From: Octopus bimaculoides
Taxonomy: Eukaryota
Length of the DNA stretch: 38,247 bases
NCBI RefSeq assembly: GCF_001194135.2
Contig: NC_068982.1
Location: 44,903,196 to 44,941,442, forward strand
Direction of reading: 5' to 3'
Below, piece after piece: positions 23,242 through 35,319 of this stretch. Both the position numbers and the translations under genes were made by a program. Numbering within the stretch: position 1 is the stretch's first letter; the number at the start of each line of letters is the position of its first letter. Below the pieces are notes generated by a model. It had not been told where the DNA came from and did not search any database. It saw only the letters and a list, made by a program, of their open reading frames with translations.

Positions 23242-23630
23242 CTGAAAAATCATGTCTCAATTCTAAAAAAAAAAAAAATTTCCATCATTTATTTTATTCT
23301 TTCCCAACCCAGAAGAAACATTCTGTATAATGATACAGAGCATGTCATGCATTATCTATGCTATCCACTCCTCCCCACCACCACCACCATCAAATGAGAA
23401 AAAAGAAAGAATAAATATATTTGTTGTTGACTATTTCATGTATCATGGTATGTAATTTTGGAAATGTTCTTAAACAATAATACTACAAAGAATAATAATA
23501 ATAATGATAAAAATAAAATTTATTATATGGTATACATACAATATAACAAAACTTCTTAAATGTACATACATAAACATACTTGCATATATATATGTATGTA
23601 TGTGTGAATATATGTATGTGTGTGGGTATA

Positions 23631-23666
<36 letters not shown>

Positions 23667-23799
23667 TGCATGAATATATGTGTGTGTATGTATATTTACA
23701 TGTATATGTGTGTGTCTATATACATGTATATATGTGTGTATGTATATACACATATGCACTACACCTATGTGTGTGTGTGCATATATGTATGCATGCATG

Positions 23800-23916
<117 letters not shown>

Positions 23917-25204
23917 ACTTATATATATAATGTACATATAGAGATGGAAACCTGTCTGCAGTATTGCTTTATTGCTTACAAAAGTTCATCTATGTACATT
24001 GATATTCATACATAATTGCACTTAAGTCCAGCAAAATTCTATTAGTACATATGTCTGCAGTTAAATATACAATTGTTATTTACAACATGTTATATAAACA
24101 TAGCAATAAAAAGAGCCAGAACTAAAAATTTGAGTATAATATTTTCATCAATGAAAAATATCTCATCAAGGCATTTGTGAAATGAAGTTAATTTTAGCTC
24201 CCTTTTACACAACTTTTAGCTAGCTCACTCTTACTAACATGGCTATTTGAAGGATATACATCCTACAAATAGCCATGAGGTGATAAATTTAGTGAGGTTC
24301 CCAGAAAGATTTCAAACAGTGAACATCTTCAGTCAGGATTTATAGTTATGGTGTTAATCATAAATATATAGACACATATACATATAAATACATACATATA
24401 TGCACTACACCTATGTGTGTGTGCATATATATATATAATGTATATAATATATATATATAAAGTATATAATATATATATATATAAAGTATATAATATATAT
24501 TCTTCACAAAAAAGGTTAGTAACATCCTCGTAACAGATTTTGTAACATTTTTTTTAAATAATTTTTTTAAAATAATTTTTTTAAAAATCACCTTTACGCT
24601 TCAAAAGCTGTATTAAGTATTCCTCATAGACTTTCAAATATATATATATATAAAGTTATGGTATATTTTGTTAAGAATGTAGTAGAGTACAGTATAAGGC
24701 TCATCTACCTTCAGATTCCACCCTGTGCTACCCAGTAGTAGTATTATATGTACTTCCAGGTTTGCATTTGGGCATCTGTTGTGTGTGAATATATATATAT
24801 ATATATATATATACACACCTGTATGTGTGTGTGTGTGTATATATATATGTATATAAGTGTATATGTGTGTGTATATGTCTCCCTACTTTGTTATATATAT
24901 AAAATCAAAAGGGAAATAGAAAGGCGCTATATTTTATCAGGTATAAATTATATGAAATTAATTTACAAACATACATCCCCTCTCTGTCTACTGTGACCTG
25001 AATTTAGGCCATGACAGACAGAGGGGATGTTCTTGAAACTGAGGATTTTAAACTTACGGAGATAACACTTACATATCGCCTGAGGAAACACAACTAAATA
25101 TCATATAGCAGGGAAACAGTTGCATAATCAAATAACTGCATTCCTGGAGAACTACATTGCATGGAAACAATTGTAGTGATTAAAAAATAAATGTCCAACC
25201 ATAC

Positions 25205-25247
25205 CTCTTCTGTGGTGTTCATAAAATCTAATGAAATTTCATAAATG
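25205..25247 (-). CDS. Candidate small exon (IYEISLDFMNTTEE) of the minus-strand gene
   Basis: Donor GAG|gtatgg; acceptor atattag (alternative tttcattag gives 25205-25227); the open frame ends in phase 0, compatible with the 27-nt exon. Confidence 0.22.
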
Positions 25248-25343
25248 CTAATATAAATGTATTTGCATGGATTACATACATACGTACAATTCTACACTGA
25301 TATATGCTTAATATATATATTATGTGCAACCATATATATATAT

Positions 25344-25393
<50 letters not shown>

Positions 25394-25446
25394 CATATAC
25401 ATATGTACATATATCTATGTATTTGCATATGTATATATATGTACAG

Positions 25447-25483
<37 letters not shown>

Positions 25484-26371
25484 NNNNNNNNNNTACACAC
25501 ATGTATGTGTGTGTGTGTATATATATATGTATATAAGTGTATATGTGTGTGTATATGTCTCCCTACTTTGTTATATATATAAAATCAAAAGGGAAATAGA
25601 AAGGCGCTATATTTTATCAGGTATAAATTATATGAAATTAATTTACAAACATACATATGGTGGGATTTTTTGACATAATATTGCGTGTTTATTGTTGAGG
25701 TAATGCAATTTTAATGAAATATCTAAATTCCCTTCAAATTTAATGTTGCAATTATATATAGTTATATATTATATATCATTGTCTCTCTCTTTCACTCTCT
25801 ATTTCTCATTCTCTCTGACACATCTCAACAAATACATACATATGTTAAATTACTAGAATAAATAACTATTATTATGATTCCATATCACACTCTGTATTAA
25901 AAACCACTAGAATACATTATTATTTAGAACAGCAATGTCAGTCTATCTTGCAACATATTGCTAATCACAGCTGCAGGGTCATTATATTATACTATAGTTT
26001 ACTTTTAACACAACACTACCTACAACTAACTAACTACCTACAAACAAACATAGTACTATACTATGTGTTTCTGACAGTGTTGACAATAATACGGGTTGTT
26101 GTTATCTGCAGTTTCAAGACTCATTAGGCTTGAGCTCGGAAAAGTTAGTTAATATTTCTAGTCATGTCTCTATATAATCTAAACCACTATGTGACTATTA
26201 TTATTATTATTATGATGTACAAGCCTGAATCCAGACACTATCATTGTAGAAAAACACATATTTATAACATACACACACTCGTTTATATATAAATTTATTT
26301 ATATGGAGGTATATTGATATGTATGTGTATACATGTATGTGTATGTCTGTGTGTATTAACATATGTATACA

Positions 26372-26427
<56 letters not shown>

Positions 26428-27253
26428 NNNNNNNNNNNNNNNNNNNNNNNNNNNNNNNNNNNNNNNNNNNNNNNNNNNNNNNNNNNNNNNNNNNNNNNNN
26501 NNNNNNNNNNNNNNNNNNNNNNNNNNNNNNNNNNNNNNNNNNNNNNNNNNNNNNNNNNNNNNNNNNNNNNNNNNNNNNNNNNNNNNNNNNNNNNNNNNNN
26601 NNNNNNNNNNNNNNNNNNNNNNNNNNNNNNNNNNNNNNNNNNNNNNNNNNNNNNNNNNNNNNNNNNNNNNNNNNNNNNNNNNNNNNNNNNNNNNNNNNNN
26701 NNNNNNNNNNNNNNNNNNNNNNNNNNNNNNNNNNNNNNNNNNNNNNNNNNNNNNNNNNNNNNNNNNNNNNNNNNNNNNNNNNNNNNNNNNNNNNNNNNNN
26801 NNNNNNNNNNNNNNNNNNNNNNNNNNNNNNNNNNNNNNNNNNNNNNNNNNNNNNNNNNNNNNNNNNNNNNNNNNNNNNNNNNNNNNNNNNNNNNNNNNNN
26901 NNNNNNNNNNNNNNNNNNNNNNNNNNNNNNNNNNNNNNNNNNNNNNNNNNNNNNNNNNNNNNNNNNNNNNNNNNNNNNNNNNNNNNNNNNNNNNNNNNNN
27001 NNNNNNNNNNNNNNNNNNNNNNNNNNNNNNNNNNNNNNNNNNNNNNNNNNNNNNNNNNNNNNNNNNNNNNNNNNNNNNNNNNNNNNNNNNNNNNNNNNNN
27101 NNNNNNNNNNNNNNNNNNNNNNNNNNNNNNNNNNNNNNNNNNNNNNNNNNNNNNNNNNNNNNNNNNNNNNNNNNNNNNNNNNNNNNNNNNNNNNNNNNNN
27201 NNNNNNNNNNNNNNNNNNNNNNNNNNNNNNNNNNNNNNNNNNNNNNNNNNNNN

Positions 27254-27298
<45 letters not shown>

Positions 27299-27649
27299 TA
27301 TATATATATATACTGTATGCAATGCTCTTTCAGTCACATACATGCATACACGCAGCAGCTATGTATGTTGATATTTAACACCTATGTTGATATGTCTGTC
27401 TAAAAGCATTGACATTATCCACTGTGTGTATACACATGTAACCGTAAATATATAATTTAAATGTGTAATATTATGTTGTTAAATAAAATTGTATCTTATT
27501 ATTATTGCTATCATTATGACTGTTGTTTTAGTTGTTATTGCTGTTGTTATTATCATTGTTGTTGTTTAGCTGTAGGCCATCCATCCATGACCATCCTGTT
27601 TTTGACTGTGTAATAAGGAGTTTGTTTCCCAATAATATGGATTTAGTTT

Positions 27650-27757
27650 CCATTTCAATATGTGGCACCTCGGGCAAGTGTCCTCTTATATAGCTTTGTG
27701 CCAACCAAAGCCTTGTTAGTGGATTTGGTAGACAAAAACTAAAAAAAGCCTGTTGTA

Positions 27758-27825
<68 letters not shown>

Positions 27826-28045
27826 AATATCTGTCTGTCTGTCTGTGGCTGTGTGTCTCCATGTATCTGTCTGTCCCCACACTGCTCGGCAACTTGTGTT
27901 TATTTATTAACATCTCCTTAACTTAGTGGCTCAGCAAAGGAGACCAACAGAACAAATACCAGACTTTAAAAAAATAATGACTGGAGTTGATTTGTTTGAC
28001 TAACACCTTCAAGGTAGTGCACCAGCATGGCCACGGTCCCATGAC
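27650..28045 (+). mobile_element. CORE-type SINE with internal (TG)n
   Basis: gtggcacctcgggcaagtg...gtggatttggtagac...(tg)n...ccagcatggccac...atgactgaaacaaataaaaga. Confidence 0.82.
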
Positions 28046-28049
28046 TGAA

Positions 28050-28235
28050 ACAAATAAAAGATATAATAGGTGCAGGCTTGGGTGTGAGATTAAGGAGTTT
28101 GCTTTCCAAATACATGCTTTGGGGGTTCGGTCTCATTGCAGGGCAACCTTTGGCAAACCATCTTTTTTTATAGTCTCAGGCCAACCAAGGCCTTGTGAGT
28201 AGGTTTGAGAGAAATTGAAAGAAGCCCATGTTGTG
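28050..28235 (+). mobile_element. CORE-type SINE, 5' part
   Basis: tRNA-like head, ggcaacctttggcaa..., ggccaaccaaggccttgtgagt...gaaagaagcc. Confidence 0.7.
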
Positions 28236-29160
28236 TGCACGTGTGTGTGTGTGTGTGTGTGTGAGTGTGAGCGTGTATGTATGCATGTGTAGGCAAATGA
28301 AAATTAAAAACAAAAACAGGAGAACCAACAAAAAAGTCGAAAGGACGTATACAGTGGATATATCAAATTGATGCTCAGAGAAAGTTTAAGATGGAAAAAA
28401 GAGGGGTGTGTAACTTTTCAAGCATGGATCTTCATCAGAAAGTGGAAAAAGGAAAATGTCCAAAGAGAAGGAGAAGGAAAATAATAGTCTGAGAAAAGCA
28501 CATGTGCCATTACACCGCTGAACAAAAGGGAATAATATTAATTATTGAATGACAACAGATCTAGAATTATGTCATTGACTTCAATAGCTTGCAGTTTTTT
28601 CTGCTATAAGAGGCTGTGCATTTGGAGATGAGTACTTGTGCAATATCTTATAGCTCCCTCAGAGCCACATTCACCATATTTGTGTGCATGTACATGTATG
28701 TCTTTGTCTTTGTGTCTCTGTTCTTAATGCTGCCTGTTAACTGTAAACGAATAAATAAATGTCACCATCACACAGGCAGTGCTGTTTGTTTGCAATCTTT
28801 ATTTGCAAACACATATTCAGTTTTATTTCACTTGGAAACAGGTGAAGGTTGGCAACAGATATGATATCTGGCCTTGGATAATCAGGAAAAAGTTGGGCAT
28901 TCGATTATAAGAAATCTGCCTCCACGAATATTGTATGATAAATGTAAACATGGAAAAAATGGATGTTAAAATAATGATGATGAATACACAGAGAACCACA
29001 TTTTCTAATGTATTCTTTTTTAAGTCAGTAAGGTATGATTTGTGAGCATCTGGCTTCTATTCCTAGCAGGTCAAATGACCACATACAGACCACATTGGCT
29101 CACAGTGAGGAATGTTGTGGAGTTGTAGAAATGGCAGAGTATTGAATTAATTGTCTAACA

Positions 29161-29603
29161 CAATGGTTCTCAACTGGGGCCCACACAACCCTTAGAGGTC
29201 TATTCAAAATTTTGTTCGTAAAATTTATGTGCAATAAATTGGCAATACTGCTACAATACATAAAATATTTTAACAATTTTTTTATACAATCCTTAACAAC
29301 ATCAAATTATAAAAATATAATAGGATTTTAACATGGGAGTCCATTAAAATAAAATAGGAGTCAAATGTGGTTCTCTGTACATTCATCATCATTATTTTAA
29401 CATACACTTTTTCCATGTTCACGTTGATCATACAATATTTGTGGAGGCAGATTTTTTATAATCAAATGCTCAACTTGTTGCTGATTTTCCAAGGCCAGAT
29501 ATTATATCTTTTGCTAACCTTCACCTGTTTCCAAGTGAAATAAAACTGGATATGTGTTTGCAAATATAGAGCCAAGGGGGTAAAAGATGACTGAGAACCA
29601 CTT
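29161..29603. mobile_element. hAT-like MITE with perfect 8-bp TSD and a captured inverted copy of flanking DNA
   Basis: TIRs caatggttctca / tgagaaccactt; TSD GTCTAACA at 29153-29160 and 29604-29611; 29363-29566 is the reverse complement of 28800-29003. Confidence 0.88.
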
Positions 29604-30204
29604 GTCTAACATGAAAAATCATTATTTTTTTTTTTTATCCAAAGAACAATCAAATCTATTTACGACTTATGATGTATGAATTGAACATATTAATTGTACT
29701 TATTTATATAAACCCTGAGTATTTAGTTATATACTTTTAAGTTCTGCTGAGGTCAATTTTACTTTTCTTTTCTCCAAGAATTAGAGACAATTATTTTTAC
29801 TTTGATAGCCATTGTGACTCGATGGTTGACCAAACAACAACATTTCTAGATGAGCACAAGCATTTTCATGTAATTAATACGTTCAGATCATAAATCACGT
29901 TATTAATATGTTCAATTCATAAAACATAAATTACTTTGATATGTCGGCTTAATTCAGGCACTGATCATAAAACTAAATGTTAAAAAAAAAGCCAAACATA
30001 AGGATATTGAAATTCAAATATGCCTTAATAGTCAGTGAGCTGAAAATTTAAAAGACCAAATATTGAAATATCTGAAGGGAAAATAAAATGTGGGAAACAA
30101 TTTTAAAAGACAATAGATTTGTCATTTTTTTTGAAAAGAAGTCTTTGTTCTAACTATTTTAGGATCTGAGTTTAACTTTTGCCAAAGTTAATGACATTTA
30201 TTCT

Positions 30205-30600
30205 GGTTCTTTACAAACTGAGTTCAAATCCCACCAACTTCAACTTTGCTTTTCATCTTCTCAGGATTGATAAAACAAGTACCAGTCAAATACAGGAGTT
30301 GTTGCTCCTTCAGAACTGTTGACCTTGCACCAAAATCTCAAACTATTAGTATTATCATCATCATTATTATTATTATTGTTGTTTAGGTGGTGAGCTGGCA
30401 CTATTGTTAGCACATAGGGCAAAATGGTTATCAGCATTTCATCCTTATTTGTTCTGAGTTCAAATTCTGCCAAGACCAACTTTGCCTTTCATCCTTTCAG
30501 TGGGGATCAATAAATTAAGTACCTGTTGAGTACTGGGGGTTGACGTAATCGATTAGTCCCCTCCCCAAAAAATTCAGGCCTTGTGCCTATAGTAGAAAGG

Positions 30601-30633
<33 letters not shown>

Positions 30634-31118
30634 GTTAATTGAGATGGCGCTATTGTTAGCACATTGAGTAAAATGCTTAACAGTATTTCATCCCTATTCA
30701 TGTTCAGAGATCAAATTCGTCCGAGGTCAACTTTGCTTTTCATTTTGTCAGGGTCAATACTAGTTAAACACTGGGCATGATGTAATCAACTAGTCCCTTC
30801 CCCACAAATTTGAGGTCTTGTGCCTCCAGTAGAAAGGATTATTATCATTATTGTTGTTGTTGTTGTTGTTGTTGTTGTTTTGTTGTTGTTGTTTAAAACA
30901 GTGAGCTGGCAGGATCGTTAGCACACTCGGCGTAATGTTTAGCGGTATTTTGTCTGTCTTTACATTCTGAGTTCAAATTCTGCCAGGGTTGACTTTGTCT
31001 TTCATCCTTTTGGGGGTCAATGAATTAAGTACCAGTTAAGTACAGGGGTCGATGTGATTGACTCTGCCCCTCCCCTAAAATGGCTGCCCTTGTGGCACAA
31101 TTTGAAACCATTATTATT

Positions 31119-31160
<42 letters not shown>

Positions 31161-31480
31161 AAGGTGGTGAGCTGGCAAAATTGTTAGCACGTTAGGCAAA
31201 ATGCCTTTCATCCTTTTAGGGTTGATGAAATAAATACCAGTTGAACACTGAGATTGATGTAATTGGCTTCCCCTCTCCTCAAAAAATGCTGGCCCCATGC
31301 CAAAATTTGAAACCAGTAGTAGTGGTGGTGGTGGTGGTAAGAGGAAGGGGAAAAAAAGTTTTAGTGAGAATGGCAGATTGACAGAATCATTATAACATTG
31401 GAAAAAATGCCTTGCATTATTTGTTCTGGCTTTTTACATTCTGTGTTTAAATTCTACCAAGGTCAACTTTTCTCCAGGAA
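30205..31480 (+). mobile_element. Head-to-tail chain of six Deu/Nin-core SINEs separated by (ATT)n/(GTT)n
   Basis: Units at about 30205-30350, 30384-30600, 30635-30840, 30893-31110, 31160-31320 and 31370-31470. Confidence 0.88.
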
Positions 31481-31751
31481 TTAAAGACAATTAATATCAC
31501 TTTGATAGACATTATGACTCGGTGTTTGATCAAACAACAATATTTCCAGGCATCCCTGTGTAATTAATATGTTCAATTCATAACTACATAGTCCAGGTTT
31601 CAATGCTACCTTATGGCATTTTAGAGAAGTCTAGTAAATATTTAGAAGAAAAGGTTTTGTATCACAGAAGCACAAGCAGAACTGGAGTGGTATCAAGATT
31701 TATTAATTATGATAATGTATTTGGTATTCTGGTTAACTACATACTTTAAAT

Positions 31752-32056
31752 ATGTGGAGGCACATGGTCTAGTGGTTAGAGCAGTGTCCTCGTGGCTGAG
31801 GGATCGTGGGTTCGAATCTCAGACCAGGTGAGTGTTTATAAGCGAAACACCTAAGCTTCACATGGTTTTGGCAGAAGGTAATGGCAAATTTCTACTTGAC
31901 TCTTTCGCCACAACTTTCTTTCATTCTTTCCTCCTGTATCTAGCAGCTCACCTGCAACAGACCAGCTTCCCATCCAAGTGGGGAACCTATACACCAATGA
32001 AACTGGGAAACCAGCCCTTATGAGCCAGGTATGGCTCAAGAAGGAACAAACAACAA
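31752..32056 (+). mobile_element. tRNA-derived SINE (same 3' family as 6825-7072)
   Basis: A box tggtctagtggt, B box gggttcgaatct; tail ccaatgaaactgggaaaccagcccttatgagcc followed by (AAC)n. Confidence 0.8.
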
Positions 32057-32129
32057 CACATACTTTAATTATGCATTTTACTCAGGATCATATTTATAGG
32101 ATAATATTCAATACACATAACTTGAGGGT

Positions 32130-32530
32130 CTTATTCTGCTATGCGCCTAGTGTCAAAAGAATATTAATGAGTATTAAGGATGCTCATGCAGAGCATAAAG
32201 TGAGTCCCCTGTAAACGGTCAGTGTAAGCCCTGATCTACAAAGCAAAAGTGATGTTATCCAGTGAGAACAGGGCAACACACATATAGAAACATGTCAGAG
32301 CAATAGCATCAGAGAACCCCTTTAAAGCTCAGCTGAATAATTACAGATTCTATTTTAGAAAGCAATGCCTAACAAAATAAAAAGGAAATTACTGGTACAA
32401 CCTGAACCACATCTGAATGGAAGTGGACATTGCAAACTTTGCATAGAAGAAAGAAGAATCATTCTAAAATTTCACACAATTTGGATGTTTCCCTGAATTC
32501 AAAAAGTAAAAGCGTTCAAAGTGAGATGTG
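32130..32530 (+). mobile_element. Penelope-like element GIY-YIG endonuclease remnant
   Basis: Fragments ...NGQC, LIYKAKV, ENPFKAQLNNYR.YF, GHCKLCIEERRIILKF, SLNSKS appear in the PLE order (CPL.G.C...IYKA.V...TE..FK.R..NH...C.LCL.EK..I....LN.RSE); frameshifted. Confidence 0.62.
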
Positions 32531-32588
32531 ATGCTGAGGTCACAAGTTCAAGAAAGGCTTTGCTATATGTCAATATTACTGTCTTCTT

Positions 32589-32854
32589 AAGGTGGCGAGC
32601 TGTCAGAAACGTTAGCATGCCGGGCGAAATGTTTAGTGGTATTTCGTTTGCTGCTATGTTCTGAGTTCAAATTCTGCCGAGGTCAACTTTGCCTTTCATC
32701 CTTTCAGGGTCGATTAAATAAGTACCAGTTACGTACTGGAGTCGATATAATTGACTTAATCCGTTTGTCTGTCCTTGTTTATCCCCTCTGTGTGTAGCCT
32801 CTTGTGGGCAGTAAAGAAATAAGAAGCGTTAGCACGCCAGGCAAAATGCTTGGC
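32589..32854 (+). mobile_element. Deu/Nin-core SINE, long-tail variant
   Basis: Well-preserved ggtggcgagctg...ctgagttcaaattctgccgaggtcaactttgcctttcatcctttcagggtcgattaaataagtaccag. Confidence 0.9.
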
Positions 32855-33655
32855 AGTATCCAGACTGTTGCCATAGTCACAAAGCTAAAGAACACAGAGT
32901 GAAGCCACTCAGCATGTGCACTAAGTTTTAACATTCTAGCTCACTTCCCCTGTTTACAGTAGTGCTTCGAAGGAAGGTGTGTAGCGTGTGATCATGACAG
33001 AGAAGGATGAGCAGAGAATCTGCATCAAATATTACCAAAAGCTTGGTGATACTTGCTCAGAGGCCTACACAAAATTTTCAAAAGGTTTTCATTGCTCTCG
33101 ACACAATTAAGGAGATCTTGTGCAACTGAAACCCAAGTGTTTCTTTGGTCAGCTGAAAGCAGTTTTGGCGTCTCATACCCAAATCTTCAGTGGTAATGGA
33201 CTGATCTGAACCATAACTAATCTGCACATCCTCTGATAACTCATGGATGGTGATTCGACGATTTCCCCTCACAGATGCTCACACATCTGCAATGTTTTTC
33301 TCAGTTCTGCTGGTTGCAGGTCTCCCAGAACACTCGTCAATATCGACATTTTTCGGCCATCTTCGAAACGTCTCAACCACTCATACACTTGTGTGCGGCT
33401 CATACACACCTCTCCATACACTTTCTGCAACTTTGCATAGGCCTCTGAGTAGGTATCGCCATGACAACTTTCTCTGTCATAATCAATGCGACGATCACAC
33501 GCTACACACCTTCCTTCGAAGCACTGTTGTAAACAGCGGAAGTGAGCTAGAACTTTAAAACTTAATGCACTTGCACAGCAGAGTTCATGGTCAATCATTG
33601 CCAAGTGGCTTCACTCTGCGTGCTTTAGCTTCGTTACTATTGATCAGACCTCGTA
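32855..33655. mobile_element. Mariner-derived foldback element made of two opposed 5' ends
   Basis: + copy: MTEKDEQRICIKYYQKLGDTCSEAYTKF (ATG 32994). - copy: TA-cgaggtctgatca TIR at 33655-33641, then GDTYSEAYAKLQKVYGEVCMSRTQVYEWLRRFEDGR...RGNRRITIHELSEDVQISYGS. The two ~200-bp 5' regions are inverted homologues. Confidence 0.85.
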
Positions 33656-33726
33656 TATGTGCAGATTTGTTTGTTTTGTCTTATGTATGTATTCTCATGC
33701 ATATAGTTGCATGTCTAGACATGCTC

Positions 33727-33758
<32 letters not shown>

Positions 33759-33784
33759 GTGTGTGTGTATGTGTGTGTGCGTGC

Positions 33785-33831
<47 letters not shown>

Positions 33832-33923
33832 TGCTGAAAATTTAAATATAAACCTGTATTTCACTCGCATATTTGTATTCTAAGATATTTCCTATTAACA
33901 TTGCTTATGATTTCTAAATATTA

Positions 33924-34348
33924 GTTTCAAATTTTGGCACAAGACCAGCAAGTTCGGGGTGGGGGAGGTAAGTCTATCGCATTGACCCTAGTGTTCAACT
34001 GGTACTTATTTTATTGACTCCTAAAAGATGACAGACATAGTCAAACTCGGTAGAATTTGAACTCGGAATGTGAAGACGGTCGAAATGCCGCTAAGCATTT
34101 TTCTCGGCGTGCTGAGTAGCTCACAAAGATTTGGACAACAATTCTTATACCTAGAACTGAGAGCTGAACGATTGTCTTCTATGTTTCAAGGGAAATATTC
34201 CAAAGAGATAGTTTTTTTCTTTCATTCTGTTTATTTTGCCATTAAACCCATTTTCATTCCTACTACAAAAATCAAATGGCTCCATACTAAAGTCTGTAAC
34301 TCCTGGAGATATTAATGTAACCCATAATTCTGCCATTTAGTCGCTTTA
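33924..34348 (-). mobile_element. Deu/Nin-core SINE split by a ~210-bp insert, bounded by a 17-bp direct repeat
   Basis: atgatttctaaatatta at 33907-33923 and 34349-34365; SINE body 33925-34112; SINE-head-like attctgcc...cgcttt at about 34326-34348. Confidence 0.7.
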
Positions 34349-34559
34349 ATGATTTCTAAATATTACTTTGTGAAATATTCAGTTTAGTTAAATAGAGTTG
34401 CGTCCCTTACCTCGGACATACTTTATCTAATGCGCGTTGTGAAACCGGGAAACGAAGCAGTCTTTTACTCACTTGGAAGTTGTGGGATATCGGATTTCAA
34501 GCTTTTGTGTACATTCTTTTCAACGGCGCTCTACTGAATTGTTTCGGAGGAGCGACTGG

Positions 34560-35170
34560 CTTCAATATCTACCTAGACAATCTGCCGCTAATCTCGCCGG
34601 GAAAAAAATTGGTGGTATGAAAAGCAGGTTTTAAGTTCTGAAATGTTGGACATTATGAATGTGTGGGAAATCGCTTGGACTATATGGTCTTCCCTACGAA
34701 ATTTATTGTCTCTTAGTAGATGTAAGACTGAAGTGTAATATCTGGATCGGTGACATTGATGAGGAATGACTTGAACAAGAGAACATTATAACAATTTTTA
34801 ACTCAGAATTAAAGTTTTTGACGAAAGTGCTCACAAAGAGGTTGGAAGATAGTTTCGACTGGTTTGAACAAACCTGTGCTGTCTCGAACAGATCTATCCA
34901 GGAGAAATCACAAAGAAGATTGTGCTAAGATCTGACTTTGATAGAGCGCTGATCAGTTTTGATCAGTCTAAAGCGTTTTATAAAGCTGACAGCCAGGACC
35001 AGATGGGTGCTACACGCAACCAATTTGGGTTCGATGTTGAGGGGATATATTGATGCAATATCCAGCGGCAGCTAGTTGATGATAGCAGAAAATGATCGAC
35101 TGTTGGAGCAGTTTCGTAACGCGCGATCAGTCTGGCAAGGTTAGCTCCTCTCATTGTTTTAGTGTCATTG
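34560..35170 (+). mobile_element. Tx1/L1-clade LINE reverse-transcriptase remnant
   Basis: GLYGLPYEIY, ITIFNSELKFLTKVLTKRLE, EQTCAVSNRSIQ, ALISFDQSKAFY, RSVWQG*LLS correspond to RT motifs PGxDGLP, RPITLLNxDxKILxK, LDxxKAFD and SVRQGCPLS. Confidence 0.85.
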
Positions 35171-35319
35171 CTTCAAAAACAGGATTGTCCGATTGTCTCG
35201 GTTGAAAAATAAATTACTAGTTACCCTTATCCTCAAGTCAGCATATCGGTATAAAGAGTCGGTTTCGCACTTGCGCGAAGCCTAAACTAAACTCGATTTG
35301 AAAGCGAAATTATTTTCTT

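Noticed and set aside
24810-25656. Essentially identical ~165-bp duplication (24810-24976 and 25494-25656)
   Set aside because: The second copy starts right after a 10-N gap beside (TA)n; most likely a contig-overlap artefact. Long reads would settle it.
29935-29972. Strong minus-strand acceptor/donor pair defining a 38-nt exon
   Set aside because: Stops in all three frames with the best acceptor; only a weaker internal acceptor is open, so not listed as CDS.
31752-31830. tRNA-like A/B boxes
   Set aside because: Head of a SINE; no complete cloverleaf, and it continues into SINE body and tail.
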